A stretch of DNA of 64,000 nucleotides, from the NCBI GenBank assembly GCA_963702205.1, contig OY969724.1, positions 928,001 to 992,000 on the forward strand, in the 5' to 3' direction. The DNA comes from an uncultured candidate division Zixibacteria bacterium (lineage in GTDB: Bacteria > Zixibacteria > MSB-5A5 > GN15 > PGXB01). Under the pieces are notes generated by a model. The model searched no databases. It had not been told where the DNA came from and saw only the letters and a program-made list of their open reading frames with translations. The position numbers were made by a program, and so were the translations under genes. Of the stretch, positions 38,493 through 48,096 are shown piece by piece (the stretch's first letter is position 1; each line of letters begins with the position of its first letter).

Positions 38493-39418
38493 GGTGCAGC
38501 CTCCACGGGTTTGGTCGCCACATATAGAAGAAGTGTCAGTCCGGTTATGATTGCGGCCAGCCAGACGTGCAAAACCTGCACTACCGGCGGCAGGCCGCCC
38601 GTATACAAGACGATGCCGAAAATAGTCTGGACGAAGACGAGAACCATAAGGGCCCACGACGTTCTGTGCACGAGCGGCGACGGATTCGAGCTTGCACCCA
38701 GCACACGAGCCGCGATAAACCAGCCGGCGGTAGCAATCGTAATGCCGAGTATGCTGTGAACGTAGCCATACATACCGGCTTCATCCAGCCACGCCTCCGG
38801 TGAAAAGAGCGGATATTTTTCGGCGGCCGTCTCCACGGCCGAGCGAATCTGAGTCCCGAGCACAACCTGAATTAAGACCGCGAGCCAGAGAATCCCCGAC
38901 CACAGGCGCATCCTGGGTGGATAAACATCCTGCCCCGGCGGCGGCGGTGACGTGTTGTAGGCGTGGTATGTTATATATAACAGCAGACTGACAATAATAA
39001 ACGCGATACCCATGTGGGCCGAGACTATCAGCGGCTCCAGCGCCGAAGATACCACCTGGCCGCCCTGCCAGCCCTGGTAGGCGACAAGAATCGCCGCCAC
39101 GATCGACGCGATAAGAATATTCTTTTGCTTTCTGTATTTGGCGATGGCGGTAATGCCGACCGCGGCGATCAGCAGACCGACAATGACACCAATCAGGCGG
39201 TTGACATATTCTATCCAGGCGAGGACGAAGTTGAAATCGGACGGGTCCATATCCGGGGGCAGCTGGCTGACATTGGTCGGCGGTATCCAACGGCCGAAAC
39301 AGTGCGGCCAGTCGGGACAGCCCAGTCCCGCGCCCGAAACGCGCACCAGAGCGCCGACAAAGATCAAAAAGTAAGTGGCGATCAACGCCGCCACGGCCAA
39401 CCGTCGGAATAGGGTCAT
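38489..39418 (-). CDS. ctaA: Heme A synthase (COX15/CtaA)
   Basis: GALVRVSGAGLGCPDWPHC, EYVNRLIG and conserved His in TM helices. Confidence 0.92.
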   Translation of the reverse strand: MTLFRRLAVAALIATYFLIFVGALVRVSGAGLGCPDWPHCFGRWIPPTNVSQLPPDMDPSDFNFVLAWIEYVNRLIGVIVGLLIAAVGITAIAKYRKQKNILIASIVAAILVAYQGWQGGQVVSSALEPLIVSAHMGIAFIIVSLLLYITYHAYNTSPPPPGQDVYPPRMRLWSGILWLAVLIQVVLGTQIRSAVETAAEKYPLFSPEAWLDEAGMYGYVHSILGITIATAGWFIAARVLGASSNPSPLVHRTSWALMVLVFVQTIFGIVLYTGGLPPVVQVLHVWLAAIITGLTLLLYVATKPVEAAP

Positions 39419-39507
39419 ACTAATTCGCCGGAATAATGTTTGTCTGAATAATTTTATGAGTTTTGAAAACCAAAGGCAACGATAAAAGTCGGGTCGGTTT
39501 TATAATA

Positions 39508-39924
39508 TCAATGTCCATGACCTTCTTCCGGAGCCGGTTCGCCGTGTTCGACCGCGGTCGTATCGACTTTCAGGGAATCGTACATCAGAGAGTTGCTCCG
39601 TATCGGTTTCTCGACTTCCGTATAAATATCCCCTCGACTGAGGACGTCGAAAAATGTCAGGCTCAAAAACAGGGCGAAAAATAATATGGCGGTCATGAAA
39701 ATCATAACATTGATTTTCTTGTCGTACTTCAAATGCATGAAAAACAAAGCGACGAGAGACGCCTTGATCGACGCGATAAACACCGCCGCGACCGCATTCC
39801 AGCCGCCCAGATTGATAAACGAGACGGCCACGGTGATGATCGTCAGGGCTATCAGACAACCGGCCACTATCAGGTAGGTTTTGAGCGGCAGAATTTTGTG
39901 TTGCGTTGCGGCTTCCGAACTCAT
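39508..39924 (-). CDS. ctaF: Cytochrome c oxidase (caa3) subunit IV
   Basis: IASIKASLVALFFMHLKY motif. Confidence 0.9.
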   Translation of the reverse strand: MSSEAATQHKILPLKTYLIVAGCLIALTIITVAVSFINLGGWNAVAAVFIASIKASLVALFFMHLKYDKKINVMIFMTAILFFALFLSLTFFDVLSRGDIYTEVEKPIRSNSLMYDSLKVDTTAVEHGEPAPEEGHGH

Positions 39925-39928
39925 CCTT

Positions 39929-40576
39929 TTATCCTATCAAGTACAGCAAGGGGAATAAAAATATCCAGATCATATCGACGAGGTGCCAGTACAGGCCGGT
40001 CAGTTCGATCGGAGTGTAATATTCCGGCGAAAGATCGCCCCGGACGGTTTTTCTCAATATCCAGCCGATAGTGATCATCCCGGCGATGACATGAATCCCG
40101 TGCAGACCGGTCATCAGAAAATATATGCTGAAAAATATGTGCGGGTTGTTGCCCTTTATTCCGGTGAACGTATAGTATTTCCCGGGAAGCTGCCCCATAT
40201 GAAACTTGTGGCTGTATTCGAGATATTTGATTACCAGAAAGGCCGCGGCCAGAATCAGCGTAATCGTCAAAAGCAGCATGGTGCGTTTACGATTCCCGAG
40301 CTGCGTGCTGCGGATCGACAGCGCCATGGTCAGAGAACTCGTTATGAGGACGATCGTGTTGAGGGTCCCCATCCTGACGTCGAGGAATTTATGGGCATTG
40401 TAGAACATATCCGGGTCGGTCGAGCGGTATATGGCGTAGGCCGCGAACAGTCCTCCGAAAAGCAGAATTTCTGTCAGCAGGAAGATCCACATGCCCAGCT
40501 TGGCCGAGTCGAACTGCTGTTCGCTGTCGGCAAAATGGTGCGCCAGGTGCGCCGAATGTTCCGCAGGTGTACTCAT
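39929..40576 (-). CDS. ctaE: Cytochrome c oxidase subunit III
   Basis: GMWIFLLTEILLFGGLF, TGLHGIHV and YWHLVD motifs. Confidence 0.95.
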   Translation of the reverse strand: MSTPAEHSAHLAHHFADSEQQFDSAKLGMWIFLLTEILLFGGLFAAYAIYRSTDPDMFYNAHKFLDVRMGTLNTIVLITSSLTMALSIRSTQLGNRKRTMLLLTITLILAAAFLVIKYLEYSHKFHMGQLPGKYYTFTGIKGNNPHIFFSIYFLMTGLHGIHVIAGMITIGWILRKTVRGDLSPEYYTPIELTGLYWHLVDMIWIFLFPLLYLIG

Positions 40577-40577
40577 G

Positions 40578-42203
40578 TTACGGGTATGTCCTCTTTGGTA
40601 CTATTTTATCGTAATCGTACGGGCCGTGCACCAGCACCGGGTCCTTGTCGAAATTGGCTACCGGCGGCGGCGACGTGGATTCCCATTCGAAAGTCAGTGA
40701 GCCCCAGGGATTGTTGCCGGCGATGGGTCCGTGTTTCAAAGAATGGAAGAGGTAGACGGCCATGACGACAAAGCCCAGGCCCAGCACCCAGGAGCCATAG
40801 GATGAAAACGCATGCAGCGGCTGGTACTGATCGAGGTAGCTATAATACCGCCTCGGCATACCTTTGGCGCCGAGGATGAATTGGGTGAAAAAGGTCATGT
40901 TGAAGCCGACAAAGATCAACACCCAGGAAATGAACGCCCATTTTTTGCTGAACATCCGTCCCCACATCTTGGGCCACCAGAAATGTATTCCCCCGAGGAA
41001 GGCCATAACCGTTCCGCCCATCATGACGTAGTGGAAATGCGCGACAACGAAGTATGTGTCGTGCAGGTGGACGTCGACCGCCAGTGTCCCGAGGAAAATT
41101 CCGGTCAGGCCGCCGATCGTGAACAGGAACAGAAAGGCCAGGGTGTACAACATAGGGGCATCGAATCGTAGTTTACCTTTGTACATGGTTGCCAGCCAGT
41201 TGAAAACTTTTATGCCCGACGGGATGCCGACCAGAAACGTCAAGAACGAGAATATCATCGAGGCCAGCTGCGACTGGCCGCTGACGAACATGTGGTGTCC
41301 CCACACGAGGAAGCTTATGAATGCAATCGCCAGCGAGGAGTAGGCAATGGCTTTGTAACCGAATATTTTTTTCTGAGAGAAAGTCGCGACCAGTTCGGAT
41401 ATGATGCCCATGCCGGGCAGAATCATGATATACACGGCCGGGTGCGAATAGAACCAGAAGAAATGCTGGAACAACACCGGGTCGCCGCCCATGGACGGAT
41501 CGAAAATCCCGATCGACAGGACGCGCTCCATGATCAGCAGCAGCAGGGTTATCGCCAGAACCGGTGTCGCCAGTACCTGTATAATGGCGGTGGCGTACAA
41601 TCCCCATACAAAAAGCGGCATCTTATACCAGGTCATTCCCGGCGCTCGCATTTTGTGGATTGTAACAATGAAATTTATGCCCGTAAATATCGAAGAAAAG
41701 CCGAGAATGAACACTCCGAGCGTCATGGCCACGACCGACGTGCTGGTGGTCGTGCTGTACGGCGTATAGAACGTCCAGCCGGTATCGACGCTGCCGAGGT
41801 AGATTGACAGGACCGCCACCAGCGCCCCGACTATGTAGATGTACCAACTGGCGAGGTTCAGTCTGGGGAAGGCCACGTCTTTGGCGCCGATTGTCTGAGG
41901 CAGGACGAAATTACCGAGCGCGGCCGGAATCGATGGAATAATAAACAGGAAGATCATTATGGCGCCGTGGAGGGTGAACAACTGGTTGTAGGTATGGGCA
42001 TCCATAAAATCGCGGCCGGGGTGCAGCAGTTCCAGCCTGACCAACAGGGCGAAGATTCCGCCGACAAAAAAGGCAGCCATGATGCCAAATAGGTACATGA
42101 TCCCGATGCGCTTGTGATCGAGGGTAAACAGCCACGATTTCCATCCTTTGGCTGCGTTCAGATAATGTGTTTCCGGCATTGTATTCATTGGCGATTCCGT
42201 CAC
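40578..42203 (-). CDS. ctaD: Cytochrome c oxidase subunit I (type A2)
   Basis: [20 protein letters not shown] (A2 YS motif), WGHHM and HFHY. Confidence 0.97.
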   Translation of the reverse strand: MTESPMNTMPETHYLNAAKGWKSWLFTLDHKRIGIMYLFGIMAAFFVGGIFALLVRLELLHPGRDFMDAHTYNQLFTLHGAIMIFLFIIPSIPAALGNFVLPQTIGAKDVAFPRLNLASWYIYIVGALVAVLSIYLGSVDTGWTFYTPYSTTTSTSVVAMTLGVFILGFSSIFTGINFIVTIHKMRAPGMTWYKMPLFVWGLYATAIIQVLATPVLAITLLLLIMERVLSIGIFDPSMGGDPVLFQHFFWFYSHPAVYIMILPGMGIISELVATFSQKKIFGYKAIAYSSLAIAFISFLVWGHHMFVSGQSQLASMIFSFLTFLVGIPSGIKVFNWLATMYKGKLRFDAPMLYTLAFLFLFTIGGLTGIFLGTLAVDVHLHDTYFVVAHFHYVMMGGTVMAFLGGIHFWWPKMWGRMFSKKWAFISWVLIFVGFNMTFFTQFILGAKGMPRRYYSYLDQYQPLHAFSSYGSWVLGLGFVVMAVYLFHSLKHGPIAGNNPWGSLTFEWESTSPPPVANFDKDPVLVHGPYDYDKIVPKRTYP

Positions 42204-43147
42204 TTCAACGATTTTATATACGCAATTAAAGCGTCGATTTGCTTATCTTTTAACAGCCCCTGATAGGTCGGCATGACCGGGTCATATCCGGCGACCACGT
42301 CGGCCTGCGGCTCGAGTATCGATTTTCTTATGTAATTTTCATCCATGGTGATCGTCGCACCCCTCTTTAGGACCACGGGGTTGCCGAAGGCACCGTTCAG
42401 CGGCGGGCCGGTTATCCTGATCCCTTCGGTGCTGTGACAGGTGACACAAGCCTTGGACTTGAAAAGCTGCTCGCCGAGCTTTTCGGGCGGTATTCCCTCA
42501 CCGCCGGCGGAGCCCTCTTCCAGCCACGCCTCGTATTCACGCTGGGATACGACTTTCACCTTGCCGATCATCTTGGAGTGGCCGTCGCCGCAAAATTCCG
42601 CGCAAAACAGATTGTGCTCGCCCGGCTCTTTGGCTTCGAACCAGGTGACCGAATAGCGGTTGGGCAGGACGTCCATCTTGGTCCTGAAATCAGGCACAAA
42701 GAAGCTGTGGATAACGTCCCTGGACGACATCAGGAGTTTGATCGGTTTGTTGTCGGGCACGACCAATTCGTTGACGGTCGAGACCCCTTCGGGATAATCG
42801 AAGGACCAGAACCATTTCTGGCCCGTGACTTTTATTTCCATCGCGTCTTTGGGCACGACGTTCATCTTCATAAAGACATGAAACCCCCAGAAGAAACAGA
42901 TCATGACCAGGATGGTCGGTATAATCGACCAGAGCAGTTCGAGTGTGATATTTTGCGTTATGGCCGGTGTGGTGGCTTCTTCGGCCTGCTTCGTATGGCG
43001 ATAGCGGATGGCGAAATACAGCATCAAAAACAGGACGATGCAGAAAATAATAATCGCCGCATAAACTATATAATAAAAAATGCTGTCAACGTCCCCCGCG
43101 AGGGTCGAAGCCTCGGGAGGCATAAATAATGTTCCAACGGTATCCAT
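42200..43147 (-). CDS. ctaC: Cytochrome c oxidase subunit II with fused cytochrome c (caa3)
   Basis: CuA ligands DVIHSF...[13 protein letters not shown]-terminal CVTCH. Confidence 0.96.
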   Translation of the reverse strand: MDTVGTLFMPPEASTLAGDVDSIFYYIVYAAIIIFCIVLFLMLYFAIRYRHTKQAEEATTPAITQNITLELLWSIIPTILVMICFFWGFHVFMKMNVVPKDAMEIKVTGQKWFWSFDYPEGVSTVNELVVPDNKPIKLLMSSRDVIHSFFVPDFRTKMDVLPNRYSVTWFEAKEPGEHNLFCAEFCGDGHSKMIGKVKVVSQREYEAWLEEGSAGGEGIPPEKLGEQLFKSKACVTCHSTEGIRITGPPLNGAFGNPVVLKRGATITMDENYIRKSILEPQADVVAGYDPVMPTYQGLLKDKQIDALIAYIKSLK

Positions 43148-43186
43148 TAAATAAAGACTAATCCGGTTTTGTTTTGTAATAAAGCG

Positions 43187-44008
43187 CTAATTAAGACTGA
43201 TTTGTTCCCGGTTTTTTTTGTGTTTTCCCCGGATAAATAAGAAACCTACGAATACCGCCAGAATGACCATTGTTATCAGACCACCCACCCGCATAAGCCG
43301 TTCCGCGAAAAGAGAATAGCCTCCCGTCTGAGGGTCAAAATGATAACAATAAAGCAGTATTTTGTCGACCGTATCTCCGATTTTCCCCTGCGACGCCTCC
43401 AGCAGTGCCAGCCTCAAGTCCCTGGGGTTGAACTGGATACCATACATATAGCGGGAAATCGTCCCGTCGGGTGCTAAAATCGTAATCAGAGCCGGATGCG
43501 CAAACTGCTGAGTTTTCGTATCATAATAATATTCGAATCCGACCGCTTTAGCCAGCGTGCGGGCATTGTCTCCCCCGCCGGTGAGAAACATCCAGCTGCT
43601 TTCGGGAGCTTCTTTTTTAAGACTGGCCATGTAATTTTTCTTCTTGGCGGCGGCTATGACGGGAGTATCGGACGAATCTATACTGACATTGACAATCGTG
43701 AAGTCCTTGCCCGGTTCCAGCGGCATACCGTTGACCGCGTCGCGGACGCCGTTAAAGACAAGATTGCAAAGCATCGGGCAGGTATAATAGCCCAGAATCA
43801 GAACTACCGGTTTGTCTTTATTGAGATAGTCGCCAATCGCGACCTGATTCTCATGGTCATCGGTGAAGGTCAGGTCCGTGGGGATCTTCTGCCCTTGATG
43901 CTCGTCGACGTTGACTTTCTTCAGTTCGTTGGGGGTATCCGTGATCCGCTGGGCATAGCCGTGGGTCGGGGAGATCGAAATAATCGCAATGGAAAGGAGA
44001 AGCAACAC
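43187..44008 (-). CDS. SCO/SenC family protein (ACIII/oxidase-associated); start uncertain
   Basis: YYTCPMLC, FAHPA and LLYCYHFDP motifs; candidate GTG at 44008 avoids a long overlap. Confidence 0.85.
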   Translation of the reverse strand: MLLLLSIAIISISPTHGYAQRITDTPNELKKVNVDEHQGQKIPTDLTFTDDHENQVAIGDYLNKDKPVVLILGYYTCPMLCNLVFNGVRDAVNGMPLEPGKDFTIVNVSIDSSDTPVIAAAKKKNYMASLKKEAPESSWMFLTGGGDNARTLAKAVGFEYYYDTKTQQFAHPALITILAPDGTISRYMYGIQFNPRDLRLALLEASQGKIGDTVDKILLYCYHFDPQTGGYSLFAERLMRVGGLITMVILAVFVGFLFIRGKHKKNREQISLN

Positions 44009-44015
44009 CAGAATC

Positions 44016-44339
44016 TTATTTGTTTCTCTCGCGATAAGCTTCGTCGGCCAGAAGTTTCTTGGCGCGTTCGATCGGTATTCTGTAAATTCCCTTGTCTGCA
44101 TCCAAAAGCTTGTAAGTCGTCAGTCCTTCATTCTCCCGGGCGTGCAGCTCGCGAAGCGTGACCGATTGGGGTTTCAGGACTTCATCATAAACGGTATCGT
44201 TTCTGACTGTCTTAAAATAGTCCAGCAAAAAGACCAAAATAATGACAATCGTTATGACCCCGAGAACAAAGAAAAGGATGACTTTGTTCACATTGATATC
44301 GGCTTTTTCGTAACCGCCGTGTTGATCCGTAGATGACAT
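44016..44339 (-). CDS. ActG-like small membrane subunit of alternative complex III
   Basis: Single TM helix; LTTY...GIYRIPIERA motif; positioned between actF and sco. Confidence 0.65.
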   Translation of the reverse strand: MSSTDQHGGYEKADINVNKVILFFVLGVITIVIILVFLLDYFKTVRNDTVYDEVLKPQSVTLRELHARENEGLTTYKLLDADKGIYRIPIERAKKLLADEAYRERNK

Positions 44340-44344
44340 GGTCT

Positions 44345-45529
44345 TTAAAAGCTCACAAGTTTTTTGGATTCTTCCAATCCGGGGTCATTGATCGGCAGCA
44401 AAGGCAGCGCCCGGACGCGTTTCCAAAAATACCAGACGAATATTCCGCCAATGCCCATCATCGGAGCGACGTCGATCCAGGAAAATTTTACGGCATCGTG
44501 ATGCAGGTTGGGCATAATTACCCAGTACAGGTCGACCCAGTGCATCAGCAGAATCCAGATCGACATAACCAGCATAATCGGTCGATTGCGTTTGGTGCCG
44601 AAAGGAAAGAGAACGAAAAACGGGATCGTAAACAGCCCGAATACTATCAGGAGCGAAACATATTGCCAGCCGTTCTGCCAGCGGTCCAGAAACCAGACCG
44701 TCTCTTCGGGTATGTTGCCGTACCAGATCAGCAGGTACTGAGAGAAAGCCATATATCCCCAGAAAATGATAAAAGCGAACATCAGTTTGCCCACGTCGTG
44801 CCAGTGCTCTTTGGTGATCGTCCCGCGCATGACGCCGGTGCCGTCGAAATAGATTACAAAGAGCATCAAAAAGGCCAGCATGGCCAAAAAGGCCCCGGAG
44901 AAAAAATAAACGCCGAAAATGGTCGAGTACCAGTGCGCATCGAGCGACATCAGCCAGTCAAACGAAGCGAAGGTCAGCGTGAAGGCGAACAGGATCATCC
45001 CGGGGGCACTGGCCACGCGCATTTTCTTGAAGAGACCCACGTCGGGGGAGCTGTCCTGAGTCAGCGACAAGCGGAATAAATATCTTGCCAGAAAAATCCA
45101 GACCGCGAAATAGATCACGGCTCTGATTACAAAAAACGGAGTGTTCAAAAACGGTGCTTTGCCCTGCAATAGCGGATCGTGAGCGACCACTTCCGGGTGG
45201 CTCCAGTGAAACAGGTCTTTGATACCGAACAAAACCGGGATCGCAAAGATTGCCATAATGGGTATACAAATCATGATATTTTCGCCCAGCCGCCGCACGA
45301 CCACACTCCACTTGGCACCGACGAGATAATGCAGCATGGTGAAAAAGAGACCGCCCAGCCCGATCGACAGCCAGAAGACGAAAGCCGTCAGATACGAAAA
45401 ATTAAACTGCGTGCGGTCGACAAAGTACGCGGCGACGGTGAAAGCCAGTCCGATAATGCCGAGTATCAGGGCAATCTGCCCGACCCGGCCGTCCTCGGTG
45501 ATGCGATATGTCTTTATATCGATCTTCAT
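44345..45529 (-). CDS. actF: Alternative complex III subunit F
   Basis: About 10 TM helices; DWLMSLDAHWYSTIFG and SQYLLIWYGNIPEE motifs. Confidence 0.92.
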   Translation of the reverse strand: MKIDIKTYRITEDGRVGQIALILGIIGLAFTVAAYFVDRTQFNFSYLTAFVFWLSIGLGGLFFTMLHYLVGAKWSVVVRRLGENIMICIPIMAIFAIPVLFGIKDLFHWSHPEVVAHDPLLQGKAPFLNTPFFVIRAVIYFAVWIFLARYLFRLSLTQDSSPDVGLFKKMRVASAPGMILFAFTLTFASFDWLMSLDAHWYSTIFGVYFFSGAFLAMLAFLMLFVIYFDGTGVMRGTITKEHWHDVGKLMFAFIIFWGYMAFSQYLLIWYGNIPEETVWFLDRWQNGWQYVSLLIVFGLFTIPFFVLFPFGTKRNRPIMLVMSIWILLMHWVDLYWVIMPNLHHDAVKFSWIDVAPMMGIGGIFVWYFWKRVRALPLLPINDPGLEESKKLVSF

Positions 45530-46164
45530 TGCGATTTCACTTTCTCGCGCATTTCTTCGGGAATGTCTTTAATGGTCGCTTCCTGACTTCTCTGCAGCGC
45601 TCGGATATAAGCGATAATCGCCCAGCGATCTGCGGGCGGAACCTGATAACGATAGGCGGGCATATTGCGAATGCCGTGCGTGATCACATCGAAAATCTGG
45701 CCGTCGGGCATCTGCCGGATACGATCTATGTGGAAGCTCGGCGGTGGCACATAGCCCCGGCTGACCATAATACCCTTGCCGTCGCCGAGACGGCTGTGGC
45801 ACGGGGAACAATAAATATTGAATCTCTGCTCGCCGCGGTTCAAAAGCTGCATCGTTATCTCGACCGGCATTTTCTTGATAAATTCGCCTTTTGAGTTCAT
45901 CCCCCGGAAAAAGGCGTCGTCGTTGCGAAGGTTTTCTCGTGAGACCGTACCATCGACCGGCACCCGCATATTGGAGCCGTTGGCGAAAAACTTGCTTTCG
46001 CCCTGGGCGAGATATTTCTCCTGGATGTCCATATTGGGATTCAGATGAATCGGTGTCCGTTCCGATTGCTGACCTCGGGAGCAGCCGATAGCCGAAATCA
46101 ACAGCATCGCCAGCAATACCGGAATAAATCCGCCGGCCCGATATTTGTGCAAAATCCAGTTCAT
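45526..46164 (-). CDS. actE: Alternative complex III monoheme lipoprotein subunit E
   Basis: Lipobox AIGC, NMDIQ, CSPCH and MPAY motifs. Confidence 0.92.
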   Translation of the reverse strand: MNWILHKYRAGGFIPVLLAMLLISAIGCSRGQQSERTPIHLNPNMDIQEKYLAQGESKFFANGSNMRVPVDGTVSRENLRNDDAFFRGMNSKGEFIKKMPVEITMQLLNRGEQRFNIYCSPCHSRLGDGKGIMVSRGYVPPPSFHIDRIRQMPDGQIFDVITHGIRNMPAYRYQVPPADRWAIIAYIRALQRSQEATIKDIPEEMREKVKSQ

Positions 46165-46709
46165 TCGCCTTCGAGTATCTCTATATTTTTTCCGCCGGAC
46201 TGCTCCAGCAGAGATTTGGTTTGATCGATACGGAAATTTTTATCATCGGCTTCGACGCTTATAAAAAAGCTGTCGTTGCTGAACCGAGCGAAGCGGTCCG
46301 AATAAAAAACCGGGTGATGAAAACGCGGCAGACCGTTGAGCGCCAGCATGCCGATCAAAGCCGTCCCCGCCGACAGCACGACACCAAGCGCGAAAGTAAT
46401 CGGTACATACGCCTGAAAACTGAACAAAGGTTTGCCGGAAATGACCAGTGGATAGTCGATGGTACTGGTCCACCACTGCAGGGCTAATGCCCCCGAGGCT
46501 CCGACAAACGCCCCCAGTCCGACCATCCAGCCCAGCGGGGAGCGTTTCAGCCCCATGGCTTTGTCCATGCCGTGTATCGGGAACGGGGAGTGGCAGTCGA
46601 ATTTCTTGTAGCCGGCGTCGCGGAGTATTGCGGCCGCCTTCATCAAGGCCCCCGGTGTTTCGAATTCGGCCAGGATTGCCTGCGTCTTTTTAACGATTTC
46701 GCTATTCAT
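46161..46709 (-). CDS. actD: Alternative complex III subunit D (DUF3341)
   Basis: [12 protein letters not shown] and YPLVISGKP motifs; start MNSEIV at 46709. Confidence 0.92.
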   Translation of the reverse strand: MNSEIVKKTQAILAEFETPGALMKAAAILRDAGYKKFDCHSPFPIHGMDKAMGLKRSPLGWMVGLGAFVGASGALALQWWTSTIDYPLVISGKPLFSFQAYVPITFALGVVLSAGTALIGMLALNGLPRFHHPVFYSDRFARFSNDSFFISVEADDKNFRIDQTKSLLEQSGGKNIEILEGE

Positions 46710-48087
46710 GGCTGACCTCGTCATGAGCAACCCTGGCCTGCGGCATGACGCCCTTTATTTCAGACATGGCAATCATCGGCAAAAATCTTATAAACAGTAA
46801 AAAGAGCGTGAAGAACAGCCCGAATGTCCCGGCAAAGGTCATGATATCCCAAATGGTCGGTTTATAGTACGCCCAGCTCGACGGCAGAAAGTCGTTGGCC
46901 AGCGAGGAGACCACGATGACGAATCTTTCGAACCACATCCCGACGTTTATCAAAATCGAGGCGATAAACATCACGGGTACCGACCGGCGCAGTTTCTTGA
47001 ACCAGAAAATTTGCGGGACCAGGACGTTGCACGAGACCATGATCCAGTAGCCCCAGGCGTACGGCCCGGTGGCGCGGTTGATGGACATGAACTGTTCGTA
47101 TAAATTGCCGCTGTACCATGACGTGAAAAACTCGACGATATAGGAATAACCGACCATCATGCCGGTCAAAAGCATAATCTTGTTCATTTTTTCCAGATGG
47201 TTTACCGTGATGAAATCTTCGAGGTGGTAAATTTTGCGGGCGATGACGCTCAGTGTGACGACCATCGCGAACCCGGAGAAAATGGCCCCGGCCACGAAGT
47301 ACGGCGGAAATATAGTCGTGTGCCAGCCGGGCAGGATGCTCACCGCGAAGTCGGTACTAACCACCGAGTGCACCGACAGCACGAGCGGAGTGGAAATCCC
47401 CGCCAGAAGCAGATAAGCCAGTTCGTAGTGCCGCCACTGACGGTTCCCGCCCCGCCAGCCCAGCGCGAGGAAGCCGAAAATGAACTTTTTGACTTTGGTA
47501 ACCGCCCGGTCGCGGAACGTCGCGAGATCGGGGATCAATCCCGTAAACCAGAAAACCAGCGAGGCAAAGAAGTATGTACTGACCGCGAAAACGTCCCACA
47601 ACAGCGGACTGCGAAAATTCGGCCAGATATTCATCTGGTTGGGCACGGGGAATACCCAGTAGACGACCCAGGCGCGGCCGACGTGTATCGCCGGAAATAT
47701 CAGGGCACACAGCACCGCGAACAGGGTCATGGCTTCAGCGAAGCGGTTGATCGACGTCCGCCAGCGCTGCCGCAGCAAAAACAGAATAGCCGAGATAAGT
47801 GTCCCGGCGTGGCCGATACCGACCCACCAGACAAAATTTATGATAGCCCAGCCCCAGCCGACCGGATTGTTGACGCCCCAGATGCCGATACCTTCATAAA
47901 CCAGGTAACCGATCGAACCGACCAGCACCAGGAGTAACGAGAAAGCGGCGGCGAAAGCCAGGTACCACCATCTTCCCTGTTTCTTTTCCGTGATGCCGGA
48001 GATATGGTCTGTGACGGTGGCAAAAGTATGATTCCCCGCGACGAGCGGCGGTTCGGCGAGACCGGCTATGTTTTCGGGCGTACTCAC
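46702..48087 (-). CDS. actC: Alternative complex III subunit C (NrfD family)
   Basis: [33 protein letters not shown] and VLSVHS motifs. Confidence 0.95.
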   Translation of the reverse strand: MSTPENIAGLAEPPLVAGNHTFATVTDHISGITEKKQGRWWYLAFAAAFSLLLVLVGSIGYLVYEGIGIWGVNNPVGWGWAIINFVWWVGIGHAGTLISAILFLLRQRWRTSINRFAEAMTLFAVLCALIFPAIHVGRAWVVYWVFPVPNQMNIWPNFRSPLLWDVFAVSTYFFASLVFWFTGLIPDLATFRDRAVTKVKKFIFGFLALGWRGGNRQWRHYELAYLLLAGISTPLVLSVHSVVSTDFAVSILPGWHTTIFPPYFVAGAIFSGFAMVVTLSVIARKIYHLEDFITVNHLEKMNKIMLLTGMMVGYSYIVEFFTSWYSGNLYEQFMSINRATGPYAWGYWIMVSCNVLVPQIFWFKKLRRSVPVMFIASILINVGMWFERFVIVVSSLANDFLPSSWAYYKPTIWDIMTFAGTFGLFFTLFLLFIRFLPMIAMSEIKGVMPQARVAHDEVSHE

Positions 48088-48096
48088 TCTATATCT